A stretch of 63,082 bases of DNA, filler included, from Stramenopiles sp. TOSAG23-2 (lineage: Eukaryota): the NCBI GenBank assembly GCA_900128395.1. It is 56 parts of 56 records of this genome, joined end to end, with 100 filler letters (N's around TTAATTAATTAA, not from the genome) between each part and the next. Parts side by side here need not be neighbours in the genome. Positions count along the whole stretch, not along the records: positions 11,357 to 12,390 come from LT653959.1; positions 12,491 to 13,524 come from LT653960.1; positions 13,625 to 14,657 come from LT653961.1; positions 14,758 to 15,790 come from LT653962.1; positions 15,891 to 16,923 come from LT653963.1; positions 17,024 to 18,055 come from LT653964.1; positions 18,156 to 19,187 come from LT653965.1; positions 19,288 to 20,318 come from LT653966.1; 48 more parts are not named here. One strand, 5' to 3'. The notes under the pieces were generated by a model. It had not been told where the DNA came from. It saw nothing but the letters and a program-made list of their open reading frames with translations, and made no database searches. This document shows, one piece after another, positions 12,383 through 23,822 of the stretch (the first letter of the stretch is position 1; every line of letters begins with the position of its first letter). A program made the position numbers and the translations under genes.

Positions 12383-13241
12383 AAAAAAACNNNNNNNNNN
12401 NNNNNNNNNNNNNNNNNNNNNNNNNNNNNNNNNNTTAATTAATTAANNNNNNNNNNNNNNNNNNNNNNNNNNNNNNNNNNNNNNNNNNNNTGAATACATG
12501 ATGTATTTGCTTCGTAATCTTAATCTTAATATTTTTTTTTATATATATATATATATATATTATTTCCATCGTTTTATTATTATTTATTTTTAATTTGTAA
12601 AATTGTTTAAAATACGTATATCATAAAAAAGATTTTTTTAAAAGAGAGGTTTACCACTCTGTCAACACACATCTACTTTTTGACTCTCTATGCCATATAT
12701 TTTTTATATATAATTAATATAATATAAAATATATACATATAACATATATATCTCGTATAATATATATTAATATATATCATTAATATTAATATTATTATTT
12801 AAGAAATGTAAAACATATAAACTGTAAAATTATGAAGATTTACTCTATTTGAAATCTTAAGATGCAAAAATATTAATTAATGTAAGTGTCAATGTGAAAT
12901 ATATTTTGGTTCTATCACATTGCACCAATCTTGCAAATACATAATTCTAAATACAGTAAAAATAATTACTGCATATATTTCGAAATATTTATATGTGTAC
13001 ATGTATCATATACATAAAATGTATGCATATTATATAAACATGCCATGTCTATATCATACTCATATACGGTATAGATTCTTATGTTTGTTTTCTTGTTTCT
13101 ATTTGTATGTATGCGAAATCATTATGATAAATCATATTTTGTTTTACAACACATGTTTCTTTTTCTTTTTAACTTTATTCTTTTTTCTTCTTTTTTGTTT
13201 TAGTTTTTTTTTTTCATTTCTCTTCATTAACCAATTTGCTG

Positions 13242-13523
13242 TTATGATAATGACAATGTTAATTCATTACCATCACAATCAAACCCATCTTTATTACAAT
13301 AATCACCTGGGCCTACCGCATTATATGCTAGTATTCTAACATAGTAAGGTCCGTTATGGGTAAGATCTTTAATAAAATGTTGGTATGGACGTGTAGATAA
13401 AGCTGTGAAAACATACGTCCCTTTATCAGGAGACGACGATCCACTGGAAAAGTCAGGTTGGATATCCCATTCGATCCAATAGCGTGTAATAGCCGATCCA
13501 CCATCAGCATCTGTTCCATAACC
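13242..13523 (-). CDS. C-terminal fibronectin type III domain fragment (not in ORF track)
   Basis: Manual translation: GYGTDADGGSAITRYWIEWDIQPDFSS...IKDLTHNGPYYVRILAYNAVGPGDYC...LSLS*. DGGSxIxxY and YxVRxxAxNxxG are FN3 signatures. Confidence 0.85.
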   Translation of the reverse strand, partial: GYGTDADGGSAITRYWIEWDIQPDFSSGSSSPDKGTYVFTALSTRPYQHFIKDLTHNGPYYVRILAYNAVGPGDYCNKDGFDCDGNELTLSLS

Positions 13524-14757
13524 CNNNNNNNNNNNNNNNNNNNNNNNNNNNNNNNNNNNNNNNNNNNNTTAATTAATTAANNNNNNNNNNNNNNNNNNNN
13601 NNNNNNNNNNNNNNNNNNNNNNNNTTAATATAAAATTTGATTATAATTATAATAATTATAATGTTACTCTACACAATATATATATATATATATATATAAA
13701 CAAAAATAAAAGTGTAGAAAACTTCTCCAATTTTTTTGTTGTTGTATAAGGAGTTTAATTGTACTGTCGATATATTCACCAGAAAACAGAAATAATATGA
13801 AATTTGTTTTGACTCTCCACTGTCGACTCTAACTATCACACTCAATTCTATGCTATTTTATTCATATTTATTCAATAATATGTGATTGATTTATATTGTT
13901 GGTTGTTTTATGCCTTTTCCAAGTACAAATGGTAAAACATGCCTATCAAAATCCGAGACATTTTGAAACATGAAATAAAACGTATCATAATGTAAAATAT
14001 CAAACGATAAATATTGGACATCAAATATTAGACTATGGGAAGAAAAAAATATATGAACATTTTTTTATGCTACTTTTTTCCAAAATGGAGTTTACATATT
14101 TTAATACATTAAGATAGCACTACAGATGCGATGAGTGCAAGGGAAAAGGCGATAAGGTATCACAGATCACAAGGCATACGAAATTGTTGATTTAACAATT
14201 ACTATAGTATTAACAAATGCCACCTTTGTTCTTGGTATTCAGGATATTTATAATTGATAAATGGATCAAAATGGTCCAAATGGTAATTTAAATGCCATTT
14301 CATCATAACCCTAATTCTAACACGGTCGTAGAGGAGGAACTTCGAATTGAACATCGGTGCACACCCTAAGGCACACGTACAGATGAAAGATGTGTAAACA
14401 ATCGTTGGATATAGGCCAAAGGAGGATACATAATAATTTATGCAGTATTTATTCCCAACGATTACTCCGTAGTATATAGTAACAATTAGATATAATTATC
14501 GACGAACGACGAAGATTATATCACACAAACATATCCAAAAAAAAGATATCTAACATTTTTTGTTTTTTTGGATTATTAATAATAAAAAAGTACGCAATTT
14601 TGAACTATCATGGTAGAAGGGCATGGTGTAAGACGGGTATGCATCAGACATATCAAANNNNNNNNNNNNNNNNNNNNNNNNNNNNNNNNNNNNNNNNNNN
14701 NTTAATTAATTAANNNNNNNNNNNNNNNNNNNNNNNNNNNNNNNNNNNNNNNNNNNN

Positions 14758-15790
14758 ATTTATAATTTTCTTCATTCGTTCACGCTTCTCCCGTCGTTCT
14801 TCCTCCTTGATTAAATCGTCTATTGCTTTTTCCTCCGCTTTATGATTATTACTATTTACTTGCCTGCTAGCGCGTTCCTCTTTAGTTCTCCGTTCCAATT
14901 TCACTACTCGTATGCGCTCATCTTCCTTCGCTTTCATATTTTTATATGTATTTCTTAATTTTTCCTCTTTCTTTCTCTTTTCTTCCATTTTTGCTTTTCG
15001 CTCTTCCTCAGCCTCTTTCCTACGTTGCCTTTGTCGTTCTGCATTTCTGCGTTCTTTGTCTAAAATAGCATCAACTCGTTTTTTATTATTCAAATAAGCT
15101 TGTTCTTTCGCTTTCTCGATTTGCTCAGCTTTCTCCATTGCACGTCTCATCCGTTCCTCGCGTTCCTCTTTATCTTGTAATTCTTTTTGTTGCCTACGTT
15201 GTTCCGCTAATAATAATTTTTGATCATACAAACGTTTTGTTTCCATCTCTTGTTCTTTTGCTGCTTGCTGGGCTTCCCGGATCAATTTTTCAGATTGTGC
15301 TTTTTTTTCCATTGCAATACGCTTTGCCTCTAGCCTACTATCTTCCATTGCTTTTTGCCGTGCAATATCCCGCTCTTCCATCTCTTTTAAACGTGCCATT
15401 GCTAAATCTCGTTGCTCTTGCAATATCCTAGCAGTCTCCTCCTCGCTACGTTTCCGCTTTTCCCGGATTTCGGCATCTTTCCTAGCTGCCTCTTTTTTTC
15501 GCCTTCGAGCATCTGCCATTTCCTTCCGCTTCAATTCTTGGCCTTCTTGATACATTCGCTGTTGTAATTCTTTCCTTTTTTGTTCCTCGTCTTCGAAAGC
15601 TTTTGCCTTTGCCATTTCTTTAGCCCTTCGTTGCGCAGCAGCTTCGTCAATACGCCTTTTACGTTCTCGTTCACGTTTCATTTTAGCCATATGTTCCCTC
15701 TCCAACTTTTCTTTATTTTCAGCAGCAAGTTGGGCCATTTTCAATTCGTGTTGCATCATCTGTTGCAATTCTTGTTGCTGCCTTCGGCGT
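14758..15790 (-). CDS. Charged E/K/R-rich coiled-coil protein, internal fragment
   Basis: Frame is open across the contig with a trichohyalin-like composition. Confidence 0.8.
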
Positions 15791-16522
15791 NNNNNNNNNN
15801 NNNNNNNNNNNNNNNNNNNNNNNNNNNNNNNNNNTTAATTAATTAANNNNNNNNNNNNNNNNNNNNNNNNNNNNNNNNNNNNNNNNNNNNATTTTTGCCG
15901 TTTTGATAGGAAGCTTATACTTGTTAGTGATCAATTATTTCTATAGAAATCCCAAATTTCCCATCCATTTTCAATGCTATGCACCTGCTAATATAATTGA
16001 AAGAATTTTGTCATAAGGCACCACGTACCATCGACTGTTCAATGTTAAGGTGTTCAATATGAAATAATCCTTTAAACGTGATAGAGTGATGGATACTTTA
16101 CATTGAATTAAAATGTATTCAATAGTAGTATCCTGTTACCCCCGTAATAATAATTTTAAGGGCTTTGCATGCCTGCTATTTTATCTCACTATCATTCACT
16201 CCGTATGTCCTTAAATAGGCTCACTGCACTCCTATTACTAAATTACTACCAGTGGTAATGAGGAGATTTGTTGATGATAAATAATATAATAATAATAATA
16301 CAGATATAACAAAAAATGATTTCAAATTATAAAAAATTAGAATGAATGGTGAATCCATTTTAATTATCGTCGCTTTAATTCAAAATGTTCTATTTGCTAT
16401 GCTTCATCTTTGCTGATTAATTATTGTAATATATAGATATAGATTGATAGGTGCTATATACATATATATATATACATATATTCTATATATTTTGTTTATA
16501 ATACTTTTTTGCTATCAACATC

Positions 16523-16923
16523 ATGGCCATGAGTGCACAAATTATGGCAATTGCTTTTACGTATTTAATATTAAATTTATCATTTAATATATATAGTAAA
16601 TTTTTGTTTCAACATTTTCACTTTAATTTTCCCGTATTGATAATGTTGTGCCACCAGGCTGGTATATTTATGACAATTAAACTTTTAATACAATGTGGGT
16701 TTGTGAAAAAGCTAGCTTTGAAAGAAAAGAGAAAACTTTTATTTCCATGCATGATTATTGGCACGCTTTTTGGTTTAAATATAGTTGCTAATAATAGCTC
16801 GCTTGTCTATATCTCATTGACTTTGAACCAATGCATAAAAGCAACATCACCTGCTTTTGTCATGATCTTTGCATATTGTTTGGAAGAAAAAAAATACTTA
16901 CTCTAATTCATACCATGCAACCG
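16523..16923 (+). CDS. Triose-phosphate/nucleotide-sugar transporter family (TPT/SLC35E-like), N-terminal part
   Basis: NIYSKFLF..FNFPV..LCHQ and NNSSLVYISLTLNQCIKATSPAF. The stop at 16904-16906 follows an A8 run and may be a homopolymer error. Confidence 0.85.
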
Positions 16924-17025
16924 NNNNNNNNNNNNNNNNNNNNNNNNNNNNNNNNNNNNNNNNNNNNTTAATTAATTAANNNNNNNNNNNNNNNNNNNNN
17001 NNNNNNNNNNNNNNNNNNNNNNNTT

Positions 17026-18054
17026 CGTACATTGAATGCAGGTGCAAAAGGTGTAAGTGGTGAATTGATGTTTAGTACAGGTATTACCACATCTGGATCA
17101 TCTGGATCGATATCAATCGGTACTGGTACGGCATGTAATGGTAAAGGTGGTGATATAATGATCAAAGTTGGTGATGGTAACACATTAGATGGTGGACATA
17201 TATTTTTATTTGCTGGTAAAACAGAAGCTACAGAACATTCAACTGGTGGATCAATTTCAATACGAAGTGGATATAGTTTACTTCGATCTAGTGGTACCAT
17301 CCAAATTCGTACATTGAATGCAGGTACTTTGGGTGTAAGTGGTGAATTGATGTTTAGTACAGGTACTACATCATGTGGATCATCTGGATCAATATCAATC
17401 GGTACTGGTACGGCAAGTAGAGGCAAGGGCGGTGATATTACAATCAAAGTTGGTGATGGTAATACATTAGATGGTGGACATATATCTGTATTTGCAGGTA
17501 AGACCGATGCTAGAGGAGACACAGGTGCTACTGGAGGTTCCATATCTATTCGAAGTGGATTTAGTACAGAAAGTAGTAGTGGTACAATTATTATTCGTAC
17601 ATTGAATGCAGGTGCAAAAGGTGTAAGTGGTGAATTGATGTTTAGTACTGGTATTACAACATGTGGTGGATCTGGATCAATATCAATTGGTACTGGTAGT
17701 GCATGTAATGGTGATGGTGGCGACATTATGATCAAAGTTGGTGATGGTAATACATTAGATGGTGGACATGTATTTTTATTTGCTGGTAAAACAGTAGCTA
17801 CAGCAGATTCAACTGGTGGATCAATTTCAATACGAAGTGGATATAGTTTACTTAGATCAAGTGGTACCATCAATATTCGTACATTGAATGCGGGTACAAA
17901 CGGTGTCAGTGGTGAATTGATGTTTAGTACTGGTACTACATCTTGTGGTGGATCTGGATCAATATCAATTGGTACTGGTACTGCATCTAGAGGTGATGGT
18001 GGTGATATTACAATCAAAGTTGGTGATGGTAATACATTAGATGGTGGACATATA
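17026..18054 (+). CDS. Gly/Ser/Thr-rich tandem-repeat protein with 94/96-aa units (predicted beta-solenoid), internal fragment
   Basis: DNA units start at 17024, 17306, 17594 and 17876 (282, 288, 282 nt); repeating GGxIxIxxG and SGxIxIxTG strands. Confidence 0.85.
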
Positions 18055-18229
18055 GNNNNNNNNNNNNNNNNNNNNNNNNNNNNNNNNNNNNNNNNNNNNT
18101 TAATTAATTAANNNNNNNNNNNNNNNNNNNNNNNNNNNNNNNNNNNNNNNNNNNNCTAAAAAAAAAAAACCATGTTGTTGAATGTTGAAACAAAAAATAC
18201 ATAGAAAGAGATAGAACCATCAAGGAACA

Positions 18230-19187
18230 ATGACAACCATTGTAAATAATAATGATAACAATAACAACAGCAAGAAGACAGAAAATCAGAATATAAAAAC
18301 AAAAGTTCTACAAGAACCCGAAGATGATTTTCTTGATATTATTACATCAATATATAAATATCATGTATCCTATCCATCTTTAAATATACCAATGAAAATT
18401 AATTTCAATTCAAGTGGTCGAAAATTACAACCAACATTGCCACGTGATAAACGTTGTATCTTTCAATTTGCTACTCGAACAAAAACGGATTTTAAACGAA
18501 TTCATAGCCATACATTAGTCGGTTCTAGTTTTTATTTACATTCTGGATTATGTGATAAATCCAAATTAGCAATATTGATTGAAGATTATTTTTCAAAAAT
18601 ACCACAGAATAATGTTAATAATCATATTGAATCATCAACAATAGACAACACGAAGCTGAAAATAACAACAAATGTGAATAGCAACAACAGCAACAATAAA
18701 GACGAAATTTTAGATAAAACAACGAAAAAAACAGAATACCCTAATAAATTAAATAATAGACATATCTTTATACCATCACCATCGATTATGATTGATAAAA
18801 CATTTATTATAAATTCAACAATTGATCAAATAAAACAATTTTTTAACATAAAAATGATTAATAAACAAAAACAACAACAACAACAACCATGGTGTATGAA
18901 AGCATCAAATGTGAATAATAGCTTAGGTGTGAAATTTTATAAAGATTTAAATACATTAATAGACGATCTAAAATGTTTTGTAAATGAGATAGATGATACA
19001 ACATATTTAATACAACCGTATGTAAACAATGTTTTGACATATCAACGTAAGAAATGCCATGTACGTTTGAATGTTCTTATTGTTGGTGGCAATGTGAATG
19101 TATTTATCCATCGTGATTGTATTGTACATGTTGCTGCAAAGGAAATTGTTAATAATAGTACAAAACAAGATTACAATGATAGAGACG
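18230..19187 (+). CDS. Tubulin-tyrosine ligase family (ATP-grasp) protein, partial
   Basis: WCMKASNVNNSLGV...YLIQPYV..VLTYQRKKCHVRLNVLIV parallels the TTL pattern WIxKP..GxGI..VQxYI..PLL..KFDxRxYVLV. Confidence 0.75.
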
Positions 19188-19287
19188 NNNNNNNNNNNNN
19201 NNNNNNNNNNNNNNNNNNNNNNNNNNNNNNNTTAATTAATTAANNNNNNNNNNNNNNNNNNNNNNNNNNNNNNNNNNNNNNNNNNNN

Positions 19288-20259
19288 AGACGAATTTTTG
19301 GGAAGTGTGAATTTTTGAATCCAGGTGGGTCGGTAAAAGATAGGCCAGCATTAAAAATGGTAGAAACAGCAGAGAGACAAGGTTTATTAAAACCAGGATA
19401 TACATTAGTGGAAGGAACAGGTGGGAATACAGGCGTTGGATTAGCTTTGGTATGTGCTGCAAAAGGTTATAAATGTATTTTTGCTATGCCAAAGTCTATT
19501 GCCAAAGAGAAAATAAATTCTATGAAAAGATACGGTGCAAGTGTCTTGTTGTGTGACTCCGTTCCTTTTACGGATAGGAATCATTATTTTCATGTAGCTG
19601 CAAAGCTTGGTGAAAAACCAAATCATTTTTTTACGAACCAATTTGAAAATTTAAATAACGGCGATTCTCACTATCATACTACAGGACCTGAAATATATAA
19701 AGCATTGGATGGAAAAGTAAATGGATTTATATGTGCTGCTGGAACTGGTGGTACAATCAATGGTGTTTCACGATTTTTAAAATCAAGAAATAAAGATGTA
19801 GTTGTATATCTTGCTGATTGTGCTGGCAGTGGCATGTACGATTATTTAGAAAACAACAAACAAAATATGTATACGGATAATTTAATACCACAGACAAAAT
19901 TTATTAAACGCAGCGATGGCTCAAGTATCACGGAAGGAATAGGTATAGGACGATTAACTGCTAACTTTTTGAATGCTGAAATTGATGGTGCTATTAAAGT
20001 AAGTGATGTAGAAGCAGTTGAAATGGCATATCATTTACTAAGATATGATGGTGTTTACATTGGACCAAGCGCTTCGTTAAATGTTGTGGGCGCTGTAAAA
20101 TTAGCCAAAACGTTACCAGAGGGATCGAATGTGGTTACTATATTATGCGACAGTGGCGATCGTTATAAAAGCAAGCTGTTCAATCATAAATGGTTGAAAG
20201 AGAAAGAATTGGAACCGACAATTACTGGCAATAATATTGATTTTGTATCTTGTTCATAA
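19288..20259 (+). CDS. cysK: Cysteine synthase (O-acetylserine thiol-lyase family), 5'-truncated
   Basis: KCEFLNPGGSVKDR (PLP lysine), EGTGGNTG, NQFEN, GTGGT, EGIG, CDSGDRY. Confidence 0.93.
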   Translation, partial: RRIFGKCEFLNPGGSVKDRPALKMVETAERQGLLKPGYTLVEGTGGNTGVGLALVCAAKGYKCIFAMPKSIAKEKINSMKRYGASVLLCDSVPFTDRNHYFHVAAKLGEKPNHFFTNQFENLNNGDSHYHTTGPEIYKALDGKVNGFICAAGTGGTINGVSRFLKSRNKDVVVYLADCAGSGMYDYLENNKQNMYTDNLIPQTKFIKRSDGSSITEGIGIGRLTANFLNAEIDGAIKVSDVEAVEMAYHLLRYDGVYIGPSASLNVVGAVKLAKTLPEGSNVVTILCDSGDRYKSKLFNHKWLKEKELEPTITGNNIDFVSCS

Positions 20260-20492
20260 AGTATTTTACGAAGTATTATTTTTATATAATATACGAGTAA
20301 TAATAATAATAATACTTCNNNNNNNNNNNNNNNNNNNNNNNNNNNNNNNNNNNNNNNNNNNNTTAATTAATTAANNNNNNNNNNNNNNNNNNNNNNNNNN
20401 NNNNNNNNNNNNNNNNNNATATATATATATATATATGTAAGTAAAATATATTATTTGCCTCTCATCAAAATAATATTGTTGTATATATATAT

Positions 20493-21164
20493 ATGATAAT
20501 GGCTTCAACAACATCATTTGTAGAAACCAAAGAAAAATTTAATTTACAATTTGAACAAAATGATTATGTAGCAGATGTAAATGATATGGAAACAGGGCCA
20601 TTTTCAGCTACTACTATGGAAAAATATGATGTAAGGGAAGAAGGAAACTTGTCAATAAATGATGATATACCAAAAGAATTAATAGTGCATACAAATATAG
20701 AAAATTGTGAAGAAGTTAAAACATTAGATTCATTTTTCAACCCTGGTAGACCGTTAGTACTTACGTTTGGATCTTTTAGCTGACGTCCTTGGCGACAAAA
20801 AGCAAAAATTGTAACTTCAATTTATGAAAATTTTAAAAGTAAAGTTGATTTTTTAGCTGTTTATATATCAGAAGCGCATGCAACTGATGAATGGAAACTT
20901 TATACTGATGTTTGTTTTGAACAACCAAAAAAAATTGAAGAACGAGTTGAAATATGTAAAAAATTTGCCACACGATTACACGGCCGTGTAAAAATTGTTA
21001 TAGATGGAATGGATAATTTATGTCGAGATGCATTTTCTGCTTGGCCTGAAAGATTATATATTATTGGTATGAATGGTAAAATTGCGTATAAAGGTGATTT
21101 AGGACCTGATGGTTATTTACCAACTGAAGTAGAATCATGGCTTAATAAACATGTTGCATTGTAA
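20493..21164 (+). CDS. Iodothyronine deiodinase-like selenoprotein, 223 aa, Sec encoded by TGA at 20781-20783
   Basis: RPLVLTFGSFS-U-RPW, then the same frame continues DFLAVYISEAHATDEW...DGMDN...AWPERLYII...KIAYKGDLGP, all deiodinase-family motifs, ending at TAA 21162-21164. Confidence 0.92.
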
Positions 21165-21227
21165 TACTACATGTTTGAAAAAAGATGGTATATTTATATA
21201 ATGTTTCCTTCTCTTTTATTTTTCTTG

Positions 21228-21330
21228 CATATACTATATAGTAATGATTGAATCGAATACATGAAAAAAAAAATAAATTTATATATATAAGATCTATAAA
21301 ATATGTATCATTCTTGAAAGTTGTATTTAT
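21228..21330 (+). promoter_or_regulatory. Candidate type-2 SECIS element in the 3' UTR
   Basis: ATGA at 21244; helix GAATcGaATACAT / ATGTATCATTC; unpaired A-run; apical mini-helix TTTATA/TATAAA; TGAA at 21315. Folded by eye only. Confidence 0.6.
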
Positions 21331-21550
21331 AAAAAACAAATTTATACAACGTAATATAGTGCGTATATTTTTATATGTCATTTACATTAAAAATAGAAAG
21401 AGAGAGTGGAGAGAGGGGGAGGGGGAAGGAGATATAAAAAAAAGAAAAGNNNNNNNNNNNNNNNNNNNNNNNNNNNNNNNNNNNNNNNNNNNNTTAATTA
21501 ATTAANNNNNNNNNNNNNNNNNNNNNNNNNNNNNNNNNNNNNNNNNNNNT

Positions 21551-22579
21551 CCACCAACAAATGAATGTACAATAATTACAAACATAGAAGATCGCGCAGT
21601 GACCGCTGAATTTCTTCAATGGTTTACGTACGATGCTCCTCACGCTAATGTGATTGCTGGCCGTTGCACAAAATACGTAGTTCTTCATGTAATAAAAGAA
21701 CAATGTGCAAGGTATGGATGTCGGTATGTCGAGCTTCCGGGTATGAAAGAAAACTCAAATGCTGGGCGTGTTGATTTTTTTGTATCCCATGCTTGGAATG
21801 GCGATGCAGTTTGGCCTCATTTCAGGGAAAAAAATCGTGTTTGGGAAACACTTGTTAGTGCTGTTAAAGCCCACAGCGATGAAATGATAAAGTCGGGAAG
21901 ATTTTCAAATCCTCCGCGTTATTGGGTAGATATATTTGCTGTCAACCAGTTTTGGGGATCCAAATCAAATCAAGATGATCAACCGGACTGGGACAAACGC
22001 GAGGAATTGGAGAAGCAGCATGGACAAATGCAAGCTGAACAAGGTTTTGAAAGGGTTATAGAAAAATCAAAGGGCACATTTCTCATTCTTGCCAATACGC
22101 GATGGAAAACCCTCTCCAAAGACCTTACTGTGTTTTCCACGCACGTAACAGTGGAAAAGTACAACTCGTTTACACCAGCAGCCACCTCGCGAGGGTGGTG
22201 TTTGTTTGAGTTGTATACGTCCCACAAATTTAAAAAAACAATCGAAATTACTCTTTCTCCTTCCGACAAACTTGAATTCCAGCGAGCGTTACAAACGAAA
22301 GGTGCTAGCGCATTTGAAAATAATACGGTTCAAAAAATCGACATGAAATCCGCTGAAGCATGGGGTGACGATGGTAAAAAGATCAAGGCGTTGGTTAAAA
22401 AAGGTCCAGGATTTCAACGAATCAATGAAATCACTAAACACGCCTTCCGGAAATGGCTTGCAAACAGTGGTACAGACGCCTTGCGAAGATTAAGAGGGGG
22501 AAATGCTTCATTCAATGAACTGGATGCAGCAGAGGGAGGCAACAATCCATGCGGTTTCTCTGATCGGACAGTTGCTAAA
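21551..22579 (+). CDS. HET/TIR-like domain protein, fragment
   Basis: DFFVSHAW, YWVDIFAVNQ and SRGWCLFELY appear in the order seen in HET and TIR-like folds. Confidence 0.7.
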
Positions 22580-23315
22580 NNNNNNNNNNNNNNNNNNNNN
22601 NNNNNNNNNNNNNNNNNNNNNNNTTAATTAATTAANNNNNNNNNNNNNNNNNNNNNNNNNNNNNNNNNNNNNNNNNNNNTCTATGTGTCTTACCTCTTCT
22701 GGTTTTATGATAGATTTTTTCCTTTACATTTGCATTTTTTGCATTCTTCCATCAGCATTCTTCTGGCACATCACATCATTTGCTGGTTTGCTTTATATTA
22801 TTAAGGTCCCTTTCAAGCGGCAGGATAATGATATTCGTATGTTATTTGACAAATGAGAGAGAGAGAAAAGAAACTGAATCTAAATCGTGGATGATCAATG
22901 CGGAAAATTGTCAATTAACTCTCCATAGCTATTAGTATATTAATAGGTACTTTTAGTATTCCTGCAAAAAGGCTGGATGTGAGATGATGTGTTATTATGT
23001 GGGCTGGTACTACAGTACTGTACCGGTATTTTTACCTTGTCTGACTTGGTATTAATAATATTATACGTTAAAGTTAAAATGGATCCAAAAAAAGAAGGAA
23101 GAAAAATTTGTGGTGTATCCAGGGTATATTTGCATGTAAATACCATTGGTTATATATTATTATCTAAATCAATCCAAGTATTATATTATATATATATTAT
23201 CATTGCACCATTAGACTAATATAATAGACATAGAAAACATATATTCGACTAGGATAAATAAAAATATAAAGTAAGTGAGCCAAACATTAAGTTTAAGATA
23301 TTGTCTTATTCCAAC

Positions 23316-23709
23316 ATGTCAAGTACAACGTTTACACGAGGTGATGCTATTAATGTTTATTACCCCCCTGAAGATCCTTACTACCATGGAACTTACCCAG
23401 CATATTTTATAAAAGAATACAAAGGTAGCAATTGTAGCAGAGTTTTATGGGTAGGAGAATGCGAGTTTAAAAACTCAACAACAACTGTAAAAAATAAATA
23501 CATTACACTTGATGCAAAAAGAAGTAGAGCATCAGATGAATTTATCAAAGAGTATGTTATAGAGCGTCAAAGTCAAGTTGTTGATGAAGATAGTGAAAGT
23601 GATGATACAGAAGATATTGAAGATTCAGTAGTAACACCTGGAGTACAACCAAAAAGAAAAGCCTCAATGAAAGCTCGGCAAAGAATTAAACGGCAGGGTA
23701 CTATAATTA
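23316..23709 (+). CDS. Hypothetical protein N-terminus, possibly a Tudor-like domain followed by an acidic/basic tail
   Basis: FTRGDAINVYYP...TYPAYFIK...RVLWVGE; frame open to the contig end. Confidence 0.45.
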
Positions 23710-23822
23710 NNNNNNNNNNNNNNNNNNNNNNNNNNNNNNNNNNNNNNNNNNNNTTAATTAATTAANNNNNNNNNNNNNNNNNNNNNNNNNNNNNNNNNNN
23801 NNNNNNNNNAACGCGCTCTCTC

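Noticed and set aside
12920-13339. 139-aa F/Y/I-rich plus-strand ORF and similar short ORFs in AT-rich contigs
   Set aside because: Composition reflects AT-rich UTR or intergenic DNA; the real coding signal here is the minus-strand FN3 fragment.
16968-18017. 349-aa minus-strand Pro/Ile-rich ORF
   Set aside because: Antisense shadow of the Gly-rich repeat gene; GGT/GGA codons read as Thr/Ser/Pro-rich sequence on the other strand.
20781-20783. Genome-wide TGA reassignment
   Set aside because: Other genes use TGG for Trp and end at TGA (e.g. 28081-28083); this TGA lies exactly at the deiodinase Sec position.
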